The notes under the pieces: model-generated
Seen by the model: only the letters and a program-made list of their open reading frames with translations
What the model was told of the DNA's origin: nothing
Databases searched by the model: none
In this document: positions 24,830 through 37,489 of the stretch, piece by piece
Position numbering within the stretch: position 1 is the stretch's first letter
Layout of the letters: each line of letters begins with the position of its first letter
Program-made: the position numbers and the translations under genes
NCBI RefSeq assembly: GCF_001194135.2
Contig: NC_068989.1
Location: forward strand, 32,842,358 to 32,901,342
Direction: 5' to 3'
Source of the DNA: Octopus bimaculoides
Lineage: Eukaryota
DNA: 58,985 nt

Positions 24830-25640
24830 TATCAAAGAAACATAAATAAGCCAAAAAGATGTAGCCACAGGAAAATATGGTATAATTCTTCATACAGTAT
24901 GAATGTGACCACAAATGTAAACTTGATGATTTCTGAAGCTTATAGATACCCACTACTCACACTTGCAAAAATATCAAAAGATCTTTGAAAGAAACATTGT
25001 TAAAGTTAGCTGTAGTATCCTCCCCAACATAAGGTCTACAATCTTCAATATAACTAACAATATGAGGAACACCTTTATAAATCTTGTAATTGTAAATCCC
25101 TCAACAACTTCCCTTGAACAATATGTGTTGGGAAAAAGAACTCCTGTACAAGGCTAATATCACTGACATGAATGATACCATAAAACTTACATAGGAATGA
25201 CTAGAAATATCTTCAATGAATGAAAGACACAACACTTGACTTTGTTTAGGGATAAGAACAAAAGACATGCAATATCTTTACCCAATAAGATATGAAATCT
25301 TAAAGACAGGGGTGTGGACAATCCCTATATAAACTGGAGTGTCAGAGCTAAGTCCAGCAAATATAATGGATGAGGCAGCTAATGCAACTTCTGTATCACA
25401 GAGAAATGAAGCATCATGACATCAACAGCGAACATTTTAAACATTTGGGAAGAAACCTCTTTTTGTATTCACAAACAACAATCTAAACTATATTCCATGA
25501 TCCTACATCCACCTTGTCACCTGTCCAACGAGGATAAATTTTGGATACCACTTATATGTGCAATATTCATAATAGACATATATACTCCCAGGAATTCATA
25601 CTGGAATTCTAAATGGCACAGATATGTACAGCACATGAAT
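24830..25640 (+). mobile_element. Penelope-like element 3' fragment (linker plus GIY-YIG)
   Basis: Decayed RKIWYNSSYSMNVTTNV, KIFERNIVKVSCSILPNI and TYIGMTRNIF motifs across frames. Confidence 0.7.
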
Positions 25641-25675
25641 AACATATATTGCAGGCATCACATGATTTACAAAAC

Positions 25676-28600
25676 ATAGTTTTCAGAGTTTGCACTGTCA
25701 ATGTTGGCACACTGAAAGGTAGGTCTAGTGAAATTGTAGAGATGCTTGAAAGGAGACAGGTTGATGTATGCTGCATACAAGAGGTAAGATGGAGAGGAGC
25801 TTCAGCTAGAATCCTCACAGGCAAGGCACATAGGTATAAAGTCTTTTGACAAGGTAACATGGATGGTGTAGGGGGTGTAGGCATACTCCTTGCGGAGAAA
25901 TGGGTAGATAACGTCATAGAGGTTGTTATGGTATGCGATAGAGTGCTTAAGCTCAGGCTAGTCCTGCAGAACAGCACAGCTGCAATTATCTCTGCCTACA
26001 CCCCCACATGCAGGGACACCAAATGATCAGAAGGACCATTTTTATGATACCCTTCTACAGGCTACCTCAAAGACCAGTGACAATGACCTCATCTTTGTGG
26101 CTGGAGATTTTAATGGGCATGTTGGGAAGGAATCTGGTATCTTCACTGGGGTACACGGGGGCCATGGTATTGGCGCCTGAAACGATGAGGGAACTAGGCT
26201 ACTGGAGTTCTGTAATGCATGTAACCTTTTAATCTGCAATACTAACTTCAGGAAACCAGACAGCCACCTGATAACCTTATCAATCAGGTGACTCTGCTAG
26301 CCAGATTCATACTCACCAGACAGCGGGACACAGGGTTGCTCTTAAATACAAAGACGCTCCCCGGTGAAGAATGTATCCCCCAGCATAGGCTAATCATTAG
26401 TGACTTTAGGCTCGAGGCCAGAAGGATACCAAGAAGCAGACCAATCCAAAAAAGAAGGATTTGGAAGCTAAAGAACCCTTTACATGGTCAGAGATTTAGG
26501 GACATCCTCATCAAGAAATTTGATGAGAGGGAGGAGGAGCTACAGACTTCATACATAGAGGGTAATTGGAAATTCCTATGGGACAGCTTACTGAGTGCCA
26601 CAGACCAAGTCTGCGGATNNNNNNNNNNNNNNNNNNNNNNNNNNNNNNNNNNNNNNNNNNNNNNNNNNNNNNNNNNNNNNNNNNNNNNNNNNNNNNNNNN
26701 NNNNNNNNNNNNNNNNNNNNNNNNNNNNNNNNNNNNNNNNNNNNNNNNNNNNNNNNNNNNNNNNNNNNNNNNNNNAGCAAAGAAGCTGGGAACTGTACCA
26801 GGTAGCCAAAAGGGAGGCTGGGCGGCAGGTATACATAGCCAAGGGTGAAGCAGAAAAGAAGAAGTTTGCCAATGTCCAGCGACATGAGGACCAAAGAACT
26901 GAAGTATTTTGGATTGCAAGACAGTGTGTGAGAGAAAATTGTGATGTCACAGGAGAGAAATGTGTCCGCATGGATGATAGTGCACTTACTTTTAATGATT
27001 CTGTAAAGAAAGAGGCTTGGAGAAGTCATTTTGAAAGACTGTTGAATTTGGAGAATGAATGGGAGGAGGAAAGCCTGCCAAATGTTGACCCAGTAGAGGG
27101 ACCAGTTATCCGAATAGACAGCTTCCTTGTAGATAAAGCAATTAAGGGTATGAAGCCAGGAAAAGCCCCCGACCAATCAGGAATCACTGCTGAGATGCTT
27201 AAAACACTTGGTGGTGTGGGCTATGGCCTAGTCACCCGCATTGTAAACCAGGTAGTTCATGATGGACTCATACCCAATGACCGGCGTAGCAGCACCATAG
27301 TCAACTGCTACAAGGTTAAAGGTGATGCTCTAGATAGAAATAAGTACATAGGTATCAAACTGCTGGCTCAGGTGATGATGGTCACAGAGAGGGTCATAGC
27401 CCATCTTATTTGGGAGAGTCTGCTTAGATGAGATGTATTTCAGTTTTGTGCCGGGTAGAAGCACCACTGATTCCTGGTTCGACAACTGCAGGAGAAATAC
27501 CTAGCTAAAGATAAACCCCTATACTTAGCTTTTGTGGACTTGGAGAAAGCCTTTGACAGGGTCCCCCGATGCCTTATCTGGTTGGCGATGCGGAAACTGG
27601 GGATTGACGAATGGTTAATAAGGGCTGTACAGGCCCTATACAGAGAGGCCATTAGTAAGGTTAGGATTGGCAATGAGTATAGTGAAGAATTCCGGGTAGA
27701 AATAGGGGAGCTCCTCTATGCTGATGACCTGGCCCTCATAGCAGAAACACTACCGGAACTAGAAAAGAAATTTCAGGTGTGGAAACAAGGTTTAGAATCA
27801 AAAGGCCTTAGAATCATTGTAGCAGAGACCAAAGTTCTAGTAAGTAGGAAGGTGAACTCATCACACACCCCCTCAAGTAGGTGACCCTGCTCGATGTGTA
27901 GAAAAGGTGTAGGTAGAAACTCCATAAGATGTACCCAGTGTAAGCTATGGACGCATAAGAGGTGCAGGAACATTAACCGAGAAGATAGCGTTCGTGTGCG
28001 ACAGATGCACAGGGGCAATAGACACCACAGATGCTCAGAAAACAGATTCCATCACACTCCAGGGGAAGAAACTAGAAGTAGTTGATAGCTTCCACTACCT
28101 AGGTGACCAAGTTAGAAGTGGGGGTGGATGCTCAGAGAGTGTTACCATTAGAATAAGAATAGCCTGGGCAAAGTTTAGAAAGCTTGTATCCCTACTAGTA
28201 ACAAAGGGTCTCACTCAGAGTGAAAGGTAGATTGTACAATGCATGTGTTCAGACTGCCATGCTTTACGACATTGAAATATGGGCCGTGACTGCGGGGGAC
28301 ATGGACAGGCTTGAAAGAAACAAAGCTAGCATGATCTGCTGGATGTGTGATGTCAGTGTGCACACATAACAGAGTGTAAGCACCCTGAGAGAAATGTTGG
28401 ACATAAGAAGCATCGGATGTGGCGTGCAAGAGAGACGTTTGCGCTGGTATGATCATGTACTATGGATGGATGAGGAGAGATGTGTGAAGAAGTGCCACTT
28501 CCAAACAGTTGAAGGAATCCGGGGTAGAGGTAGACACAGGAAGACATGGGATGAGGTAGTGAAGCATGACCTTCAAACATTGGGCCTTACAGAGGCAATG

Positions 28601-29130
28601 ACGAAAGACCGAGACCTCTGGAGATATGTTGACTGCGAAGTCCCAACAAATAAAGTGAGTTCACGGCATATCCTACACCAGCTTCACATAATCAGCCCCA
28701 GCCCATTCAAGTACCTTGGATCGTAGGGCGATCTGCTGTGCTTGAGGAGACCTTGAGTCAAGTACATCAACATCAAAATAAAAATCAAATCGAAATTGTA
28801 GTTGTGATACACATACCGGTGGCACATAAAAAACACCATCCGAACGTAGCCGACGCCAGCGCCACCTTGACTGGCTTCCGTGCCGGTGGCACATAAAAAG
28901 CACCAACCGATCATGGCCGTTGCCAGCCTCCCCTAGCCCTTGTGCTGGTGACACGTAAAAAGCACCCAATACACTCACAGAGTGGTTGGCGTTAGGAAGG
29001 GCATCCAGCTGTAGAAACACTGCCAGATCAAACTGGAGCCTGGTGCAGCCTCCTGGCTTCTCAGACCCCAGTTGAACTGTCCAACCCATGCTAGCATGGA
29101 AAACGGGCGTTAAACGATGATGATGATGAT
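25676..29130 (+). mobile_element. Near full-length RTE LINE (APE + RT + 3' UTR + (GAT)n), inactivated
   Basis: FRVCTVNVGTLKGR, DVCCIQEVRW, MKPGKAPD, DLEKAFDRVP, ELLYADDL, FHYLGD and RRLRWYDHV; stops, frameshifts and an internal deletion removing the GVHQGS motif; terminal module ends 29130. Confidence 0.95.
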
Positions 29131-30159
29131 GTTAATAAAGTTACAACTTTATAGACTAATTTATGTTTAAAGCCTGTGAAAGCCCCATAAATGATAAGAT
29201 ACACATGCACATACATCCATAAAATTCATGCTGATACCTTAGTATAAATTCATATATATTTATAAATAAGGGTATGCACAAACATTTTCACATAATGTAA
29301 TTCTGTGTTGAATACAAGTTTTTACAAAATCCCAGGGCCAGCGTAAGGGAAATAACAATTATGAAATAATATTTAAAAAGTTGCATCTCAACTGTGTATT
29401 CATTCTGAAGTCCTACATAGTATCATGTAGCCTTGTGTATTCTCATCTAAAATGGAGGCAATTACGGGCATCTTTTAGTGGAGCACTTAAAAATTGTGTA
29501 AATTCTTTTCTCATAAAATCATTGATAGCATTGTTAGTCCACAAATAAAGAATATTTATCCATCAAATGTAGTGTTGAGCACTCATTCTCACTGTTCAGT
29601 ACTGTCATGTGTATTAATGCTTGTTTTTATGTCAAGTTATATATAAAACAATTTAGTATTAAACTAAAGTATCACTCAGTGAGTGTCTGTTTATTAAACT
29701 TTTATGAGAAAAAGGTTGGCAGTAACTTTGAAGTTTTTGGCTTGTTCACTTTCATCAAACTATGCTATACTTGGGTTCTTTTTGACTTTAGATAATCTTT
29801 CATAAGTTGTTTTTTTTTATGGGATAGGCTCATGATAATTAGGTGTGATGTAGTTAGGCCTAAGAAAATGTGTAGGGAATAGGATAGAGGAAGATAAGCA
29901 AAGTATGTATTTGTAGGGTGTGAGTTAATTGAAAGTTATTGTGAGATTTTGATGGAATTGTTTTTGTTTGGAGTTCAGTCAAGTGTGTAAGTAACTTGCG
30001 TAAACAAGTGTTCCAGTTCAGGTCCTGACTTTCTTTATATAGAAAGTTGACAATATATGCTTTTCATTTCTAAAGTTACAAACATTTACTTATCAGTTAC
30101 TGAACCTATTTCAGTTATACATTGGCTATTTGTTCACTTGACTGAGTCACCAACACTTA

Positions 30160-30640
30160 AGTCCTAAACCATGCCAAGACACCCAGCATATTCACCCTGC
30201 TCCAACAGTGCCATCTGTGCTGGTTCGCTCACATACATCATATGTTGGGCAGAAGGATCCCAAAAGACCTCCTGTATGGGAAATTGGCCACCAGTATAAG
30301 AGCATGAGGACGACCTCAACTCCATTTCAAGGACATCTGCAAGAAAGACACAAGTCAATAGATCTAGATATCCTGAGATGGGAGGAGGTTCCAAATGATT
30401 GCCCATGCTGGAGACATATTACACAAGGAAATAGAGCAAGAGGAAGAGAAACTGGAACTTGCCACTGGAACCTGCTCAAAGAAAGGACAAGTCAGTAGCA
30501 CTGGTGGAGAACTTCCTTGAATGCAGTTGCTGCATGTGAGACTACGACTCCTGTGTTTGCCTGTATAGCCACAACAGATGCTGCACCACAATCATCAGCT
30601 GACAAAATTCTCCAGCTGCAGATCCTTGGTCTTTTGAAAC
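30160..30640 (+). mobile_element. C-terminal fragment of a second RTE-like LINE family
   Basis: Decayed GRIPKDLLYGKL...GRPQLHFKDICKKD motif. Confidence 0.6.
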
Positions 30641-31364
30641 CAACAGATCCCTATCTATATTCACTTACATGATTTCTAGACCTTGTTCAGGATGAAACCT
30701 TATTGCATACTAACATTTATAATCTTTACTTGTTGGCTGGCATTGCCTTGCATGAGGGATATTGCCAGCAAAACTGTCTAAGAGATTGGTCTGGGTTTTG
30801 CTGTTCTTTTAAATTTTTTTTTTAATTGTTGCAAAATATGCTTTCTAATTTCTCATTTTTTAGTGATCTTCTTTTCCGTCACCCTATGACATTTGTCCTT
30901 AATTTATTCTATATATCTCACTCACATTCTGATATTACACATTTGAATTTTTTTCACTCTTGGTATTTTATTCCACCAAATCTTTCACATTATATCAATA
31001 GCTTTACAAAATAGTCTTCTGTTGTTGATTTGTTCCTTAAATAAATTAGAGCATCCTTCTTTTCATCCAAGTATGAAACCACTTCTTCAGTACAAAATAT
31101 AAAGTTATTTGTCTTTAGTTTTTGCTTATTATCAATATATCCAGAGTAATTTTCTCATTTAATAAAATTATCTTAGGAATTAATATATATATTTTACCAA
31201 GTATTCTAAACACTGTTGTGTACATCATATTTTTGAGAATTACGATTTTACTATATAATATTTTTAACTCATCCGCTGGCTAAACTTTTTTTTCCCTAAA
31301 AGGAAATTATTGATCAATCTTGTGTTTCAATAACTAATTCAAAAAATTCATTTCTGTATTCTAG

Positions 31365-31499
31365 TGGTATCCTGAAGTTCGAGAACACTGTCCAAATCAA
31401 CCCATTATGCTAGTTGGATGTAAAACAGATTTACGATCAGACTTGCAGTGTATATCAGCCTTGGCAAAGAAAAAACAAATCATGGTTTCTTATGATCAA
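31365..31499 (+). CDS. RND3: Penultimate coding exon of an Rnd/RhoE-type Rho GTPase (135 nt, phase 0/0)
   Basis: TTCTAG|TGG...CAA|GTAAGG. Encodes WYPEVREHCPNQPIMLVGCKTDLRSDLQCISALAKKKQIMVSYDQ, with G4 motif CKTD, the Rho insert and the Rnd-like VSYDQ end. The symbol means RND3-like, not proven orthology. Confidence 0.93.
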
Positions 31500-31734
31500 G
31501 TAAGGAAACAATTTTCAGACAATTCTCTTGGCATTTTTAAGTATCAAGTTCTTTCAATAGCACACTCATTCACAAATTTGAAATTATGTACAATAAACAC
31601 AAATATTCTACTTTTCATAATACCTTGCATTATGCATATTTCAGCCTACTTTTCTCTCTTCCCTCTTTAATTCACTCTCTATCTGTCTGCTTATACATAT
31701 ATATTTATACATATATATACATACATGCACACAT

Positions 31735-32720
31735 CATCATCATCATCATCATCATCCATTGTCCATGCAGGCATAGGTTGGACAATTTGACTGGGCTGGC
31801 ATGCTGGAAGGCTGCACCAGGCTCCAGTCTGATTTGGCATGGTTTTCTACAGCTTGAAGCCCTTTTTAATGCCATCCAATCTGAGTGTAATGGGTACTTT
31901 TACATGCCACCAGCACAAGTGCTATTTGCATGACACTCATATCTGCCACGACTGTGATTGTGCTTGGCTTGATGGGTCTTCTTCTCAAGCATGACATAAT
32001 GCCAAAGGTCTTGGCCATTGCCCCCGTGAGGCCCAACACTCAAAAGGAACTTAGCCACTTTGCCTCTATGAGGCCCAACATTAGAATGGTGCTCTTTATG
32101 TGCCAACGGGTGCCAGTTACCACAACTATGATGTCACTTGCTTTAATGAGTCCTCTCAAGCACAGTACATCGCCAAAGATCTGTCACTAGTTATTGCCTT
32201 TGTGACGCTCAAAGTTCAAAGATCATGCTTCACCACCTTGTCCCATATCTTCCTGGGTCTACCTCTACCACAGATTCCTTCCACAGTTAGAGATCGCCAC
32301 TTCTTTACACAGCTGTCCTCATCCATACACATCACATGGCCATACCAGTGCAGTCATCTCTCTTACACACCACATCTGATGTCTCTTATGCCTAATTTTT
32401 CTCTCAAGATGCTTACACTCTGTTGAACATGCACACTGACATTGCATATCTAGCAAACCATACTGGCTTCATTTATTTCAAGCCAACGCATGTCCTTGGT
32501 TATCACAGCCCATGCCTCACTGTCGTGTAGCATAACTGTTCACACACAGGCATCAAACAATCTGCATTTCACTCTGAGAGAGAGGTTCTTTGTTGCCAGC
32601 AGGGGTAGGAACTCTCTGAACTTTGCCAAGCTTAATCTTATTCCTCACAGCTACTCTCTTGGAGTATCCACCTCCACTACTAACTTGGATGCCTAGATAA
32701 TGGAAGCTATCTACTACCTC
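31735..32720 (-). mobile_element. Older 5'-truncated RTE LINE copy
   Basis: (CAT)n at 31735, diverged 3' module, and RT-end sequence homologous to 4890-5460. Confidence 0.8.
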
Positions 32721-32752
32721 TAACTTCCTGTCTTGGCAGTTGATAGAGTCTA

Positions 32753-34183
32753 TCAGGTTGAGTAAAAAGTAAGCAACATTTTAAAGCATGAAGAATTTGT
32801 ACCAGATTTTTGCAGAGTTCTGAACTTTTTAAAACATTATTTTAGCTATTGTCTGATAATACAGACATAGGCTTGCCCAAATGCATCAATAAATTAACAT
32901 TGATTATTTTTCACCATTGTTACAATCATCTGAAATGGAACTGTCAAAGCGCAATATTTGAGCAATTTTGCTATTCAACTTCAAAACAGGACATAAAGCA
33001 GCTGAAACTGATCGTGATATCAACAAAACATTTGGTGAGGAAATGTCCAGTGAGTGATCAGCTTGAAAATGGTTTAAACGATTTCGCAGTGGAGACCTGA
33101 GCCTTGAAGATTGTGAGCATAGTGGACGCCCATTTGTCATCGATGGCATTCAATTAAAGACCATCATTGAGAAAGATCCACATAAAACCACTTGAGAACT
33201 GGCAAAAGAACTTTGAGTTAGCCAGAAAACTGCCTGCAACCATTTGCATCATCATCATCATCGTTTAACGTCCGCTTTCCATGCTAGCTTGGGTTGGACG
33301 ATTTGACTGAGGACTGGTGAAACCGGATGTCAACACCAGGCTCCAATCTAATTTGGCAGAGTTTCTACAGCTGGATGCCCTTCCTAACGCCAACCACTCA
33401 GAGAGTGTAGTGGGTGCTTTGGAAAATCAGAAAAGCTCAACAAATGGGTACCACATGATTGGAATGAAAATCAAAAATTGCACAGATATGAAATTTGCTA
33501 GTCGTTTCTTCTCCGAAACCAGACCGATCCATTTTTCTCTTGTATTGTAATTTGCTATGAAAAGTGGATTCTGTACAATAATAAAAAAATGTTCTTTGTA
33601 GTGGTTGAACCAAAATGAAGCATCAAAAACCTTCCCTAAACCTGAGTTCTTCAAAAAGAAGGTTATGGTGACTGTTCGGTAGTGTACTGCTGGACCCACC
33701 CCTATAACTTCTTAAAACCCAGAAAAACCATTACTGCAGAAACACCTTGCCATGAAATTGCCAAAATGAATGAAAAAATGCTTCTCCTCCGTCCCAGACC
33801 GGTCACTCTTCATGACAATGCTCAACCACGCGTTTCACTAATGACACTTCAGAAGTTGAGGGAACTTGGCTACAAAGTTCTTCCCCACCCAGCTTATTCC
33901 CCAGACCTTTCTCCAACCAACTACCACTTTTTCAAGCACCTTGATGGTTTCCTGTGAGAGAAGAAGTTCAAAAATCAAACCAATGCTGAAAGTGTGTTCA
34001 AAGAGTTCATCAGCTCAGAACTCCAGATTTTCATGTTACTAGAATAAACAAACTTATAACTCGTTGGCAAACATGTGTTGATTGTAATAGTACTTACTTT
34101 GATGAATAACATTTTCGTATTGTTGAAATATATTGTGATGAATTTCATGTTTCAAAACGTTGCTTACTTTTTACTCAGCCTGA
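32753..34183 (+). mobile_element. Mariner element with 40-bp TIRs and TA duplication, full-length but inactivated
   Basis: TA|TCAGGTTGAGTAAAAAGTAAGCAACATTTTAAAGCATGAA versus its inverse (4 mismatches) ending 34183|TA. Motifs KWFKRFRSGD, HSGRP, KWVPHD, LHDNAQP and HPAYSPDLSPTNYHFF. Confidence 0.92.
33248..33420 (-). mobile_element. Short RTE 3' module inserted in the mariner ORF
   Basis: Inserted between transposase codons ...NHLH and GKSEKLNKWVPHD. Confidence 0.9.
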
Positions 34184-34239
34184 TATTTTCTGCACATTTT
34201 CAGCATTTATTGTACTTGTGCATCTTCCACATACAAAAG

Positions 34240-35567
34240 ATAGTTTCCCAGTCAACCTTCCTCTGATACTGCTGCACCTTTTGTGTGTCCAAAGGTGCAT
34301 CTGATGGAGTTTCTCCCTACACCTTTTCCACAGATTGAGCAGGGCCATCTACCTGAAGGCATTTGTGATTTGTCTGCCTTCCTACACACTACGACTTTGG
34401 GTTTTGCTAGATTAACTCTAAGGCCCTTTGATTTTAGACCTTGCTTCCATACCTGCAACTTCTTCTCTAGTTCAGGAAGTGATTCAGCTATAAGAGCAAA
34501 GTCATAATCATAGAGGAGCTCCCAGGGGCAACCTGTCTTGAATTCCTGTTATTGCCTGGAGGACTATGATGAACAAGAGGGGACTGAGCACTGATCCTTG
34601 GTGAACCCCTACTTGTACCCTAAATTCTTCACTGTACTCATTGCCAACCCTCAACTTACTGGTAACATCCCTGTACATAGCTTGTACAGCTCTCACTAAA
34701 CACTCGTGTATCCCTAGTTTCCTCATTGACCACCAGATAAGGGATTGGGAGACCCTGTCAAAGGCTTTCTCCAAGTCAATAAAGGCCAAGTACAGATGTT
34801 TACCTTTGGCTCTCTATTTCTCCTGCAGCTGCCTTACTAGAAATATAGCATCAGTGGTCCTTCTCCATGGCACAAAACCAAACTCCATCTCATCTAAGCT
34901 AACTCTCTTCCTAATTATTTGGGCTGTGATTCTCTCTGTAACTTTCATCACCTGATTCAGCAATTTGTTACCTCTCTAATTATTTTTATCTAAGGCATCA
35001 CCTTTACCTTTATAGCAGTTGGCTATGGTGCTGCTACACCAATAGTTGGGTATGACTCCTTCATGAACCATCTGATTTACAATATGGGTGACTAGACCAT
35101 AACTCACACTACCAGATATTTTAAGCATCTCAGTGGTGATTAATGATGGGCTGGGGGCTTTTCCTGTCTTCATATCCTTAATTGCTGTATCTACCAGGGA
35201 ACTGTCAATTTAGGTAGCTGGTCCCTCAATTGGGTCAACATAGACTCTCCTCCTCCTATACATTATCTACGCTCAACAGTCTTTCATAATGGCATTTCCA
35301 AGCCTCTTTCTTTGCAGAATCATTACATGCAAGTGCACCATCATCCATACAGACACATTTCTATCCTATGACATCACGATACTCTTTCACACACTGTCTT
35401 GCAATCTGAAACACTTCAGCTTTTGGTCTTCATGTCGCGGAAACTTCTTTTCTGCTTCTCCCTTGGCTAGATATACTTGTCTCCTAGCATTCCTTCTGGT
35501 AATCTGATACAGTTCTCTGCTATCCACATTCTTCCAAGCCTGTTTCTTAGCTCTAATGGCCCTGTCT
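34240..35567 (-). mobile_element. Internal RTE LINE fragment (RT)
   Basis: MKTGKAP, FIDLEKAFDRV, VGVHQGSVLSPLLF and RVNLAKPK. Confidence 0.9.
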
Positions 35568-35935
35568 GGAACTCGAAGCAATCCAGTGCGAATACACAAA
35601 GAAGATTGACTCGATGCAAAAAGATGGGCTACTGGGAGAGGCTGAAGGAGCTCAGTCTCTATTCCTTGGAGAGAAGACGAGAGAGAGACATGCGGTGATA
35701 TATATTTGCAAGATCTTAGAAGCTTTAGCTCCTGATTTTCAAATTGACACTTATACAAATCCTTGAACTGGATGGCACTGCATCATACCAAAGATCCCGT
35801 TTTCCCCATCTAAAATAAGAACACATTACTGCTATAGTCTGGGATTCAAGGGCCCACAATTGTTCAACATCTTTCCAAGCAACCTTTGAGATCTACAGGG
35901 TGTTGATGTGGAAGTTTTCAAGGAAGTCTGGATAG
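35568..35935 (+). mobile_element. CR1-type LINE 3' fragment, same family as 292-1422
   Basis: YWERLKELSLYSLERRRER and GPQLFNIFP, homologous to 945-1310. Confidence 0.8.
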
Positions 35936-37229
35936 GTTACTATNNNNNNNNNNNNNNNNNNNNNNNNNNNNNNNNNNNNNNNNNNNNNNNNNNNNNNNNN
36001 NNNNNNNNNNNNNNNNNNNNNNNNNNNNNNNNNNNNNNNNNNNTATTTTTAATCTATCTTTCTTTTATTTTTAGCATTACTTCTCTCATTACATCCTATA
36101 CTTGATCATTATTTTTTCTTCTTATTTATCTCCCCTACACAAGTAAAACTTCACCCTCTCTAATTTATTACCTTATCGCTTATATATCTCTCTTCTTACT
36201 ACATATCCTAATATGTTCTCTTATCTCTATTCTTAACAATGACTTTGTGAGTATGTACAACCTTAATCATCATATTACCATTTGAATTACCACTTTTTCC
36301 TCATCTCCTTTATTATACTTCCATGTTACCTTAATACGGATTTTGAGTAAACTAGAGTCCTTAATCCACTTTCACTTCATTCTTTTCAGTTCTTCTCCCT
36401 CCCGCCACATTTTCATAAATGACTTTGTTTACTTTCTAGTATAAGTTTTACAAACATAATTTTTTTTGCGCTAAATACCAAGTATTGTTTTTAATGGTTA
36501 GATTTAATTTACATTAGGTAAGGTTTTCTCATTGGACATTTCTCTAACTTACTCACCCAATGCTGCATATATGGAGATTTAATTAGCAAATCTATACTAA
36601 TCAATAGAGTGTTATCGATATCTCTATATTTATATAATTCTCCAAGCGTTCATCCGTTAGTTGTGGTTTAATATTTGACATGACTCCCATCACTATCACA
36701 CACAGATAGGAAAAGATAAACATGAAACTCATCGATCCAACTTCCCTGCTCTTTTTTATAGTTCCTATTATTATTATTTTCTCTCTGCACTAATGAGTAC
36801 TATAATAATTTTCAAATTCAAATATGAATTTATATCTATGTATGAAACAATTGTATGCATGAATAAACTTCTTACAACTTTTTAACATCTTATCTCCTCT
36901 ATTTTTGACATATGATTGAATTTGTAGAACTTCATTCCACAAATTAATCATACATATAATATTCTACTATTACTTTTCATATCTTCGCCAATTTACACCA
37001 GTAAACTCTCAGCAATGTATGAAGAATCAACGTTAGAAATCTTTTTGGAAACCACTCCAATTAAAGGACACATCCACATTCAACCTGTTACACACATATG
37101 TGTGCATATGTATTTATATATATATGTATGTATCTTTGTGTAGATATCTATATATGTGTATATCTATATATATATATATGTATGCATATGTATATATGTG
37201 TGCATGCGGATTATATATGTGTATATATG

Positions 37230-37264
<35 letters not shown>

Positions 37265-37440
37265 ATATAGCATATATATATATATGTGTATATATTGCAT
37301 ATATANNNNNNNNNNNNNNNNNNNNNNNNNNNNNNNNNNNNNNNNNNNNNNNNNNNNNNNNNNNNNNNNNNNNNNNNNNNNNNNNNNNNNNNNNNNNNNN
37401 NNNNNNNNNNNNNNNNNNNNNNNNNNNNNNNNNNNNNNNN

Positions 37441-37474
<34 letters not shown>

Positions 37475-37489
37475 CAATTTTGCTAAGTG

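Noticed and set aside
25676-29130. RTE copy as an active element
   Set aside because: Multiple stops and frameshifts plus deletion of an RT motif.
31500-31670. C-terminal part of ORF 31407-31670
   Set aside because: Read-through past the GTAAGG donor into the intron; similarity to Rho ends at VSYDQ.
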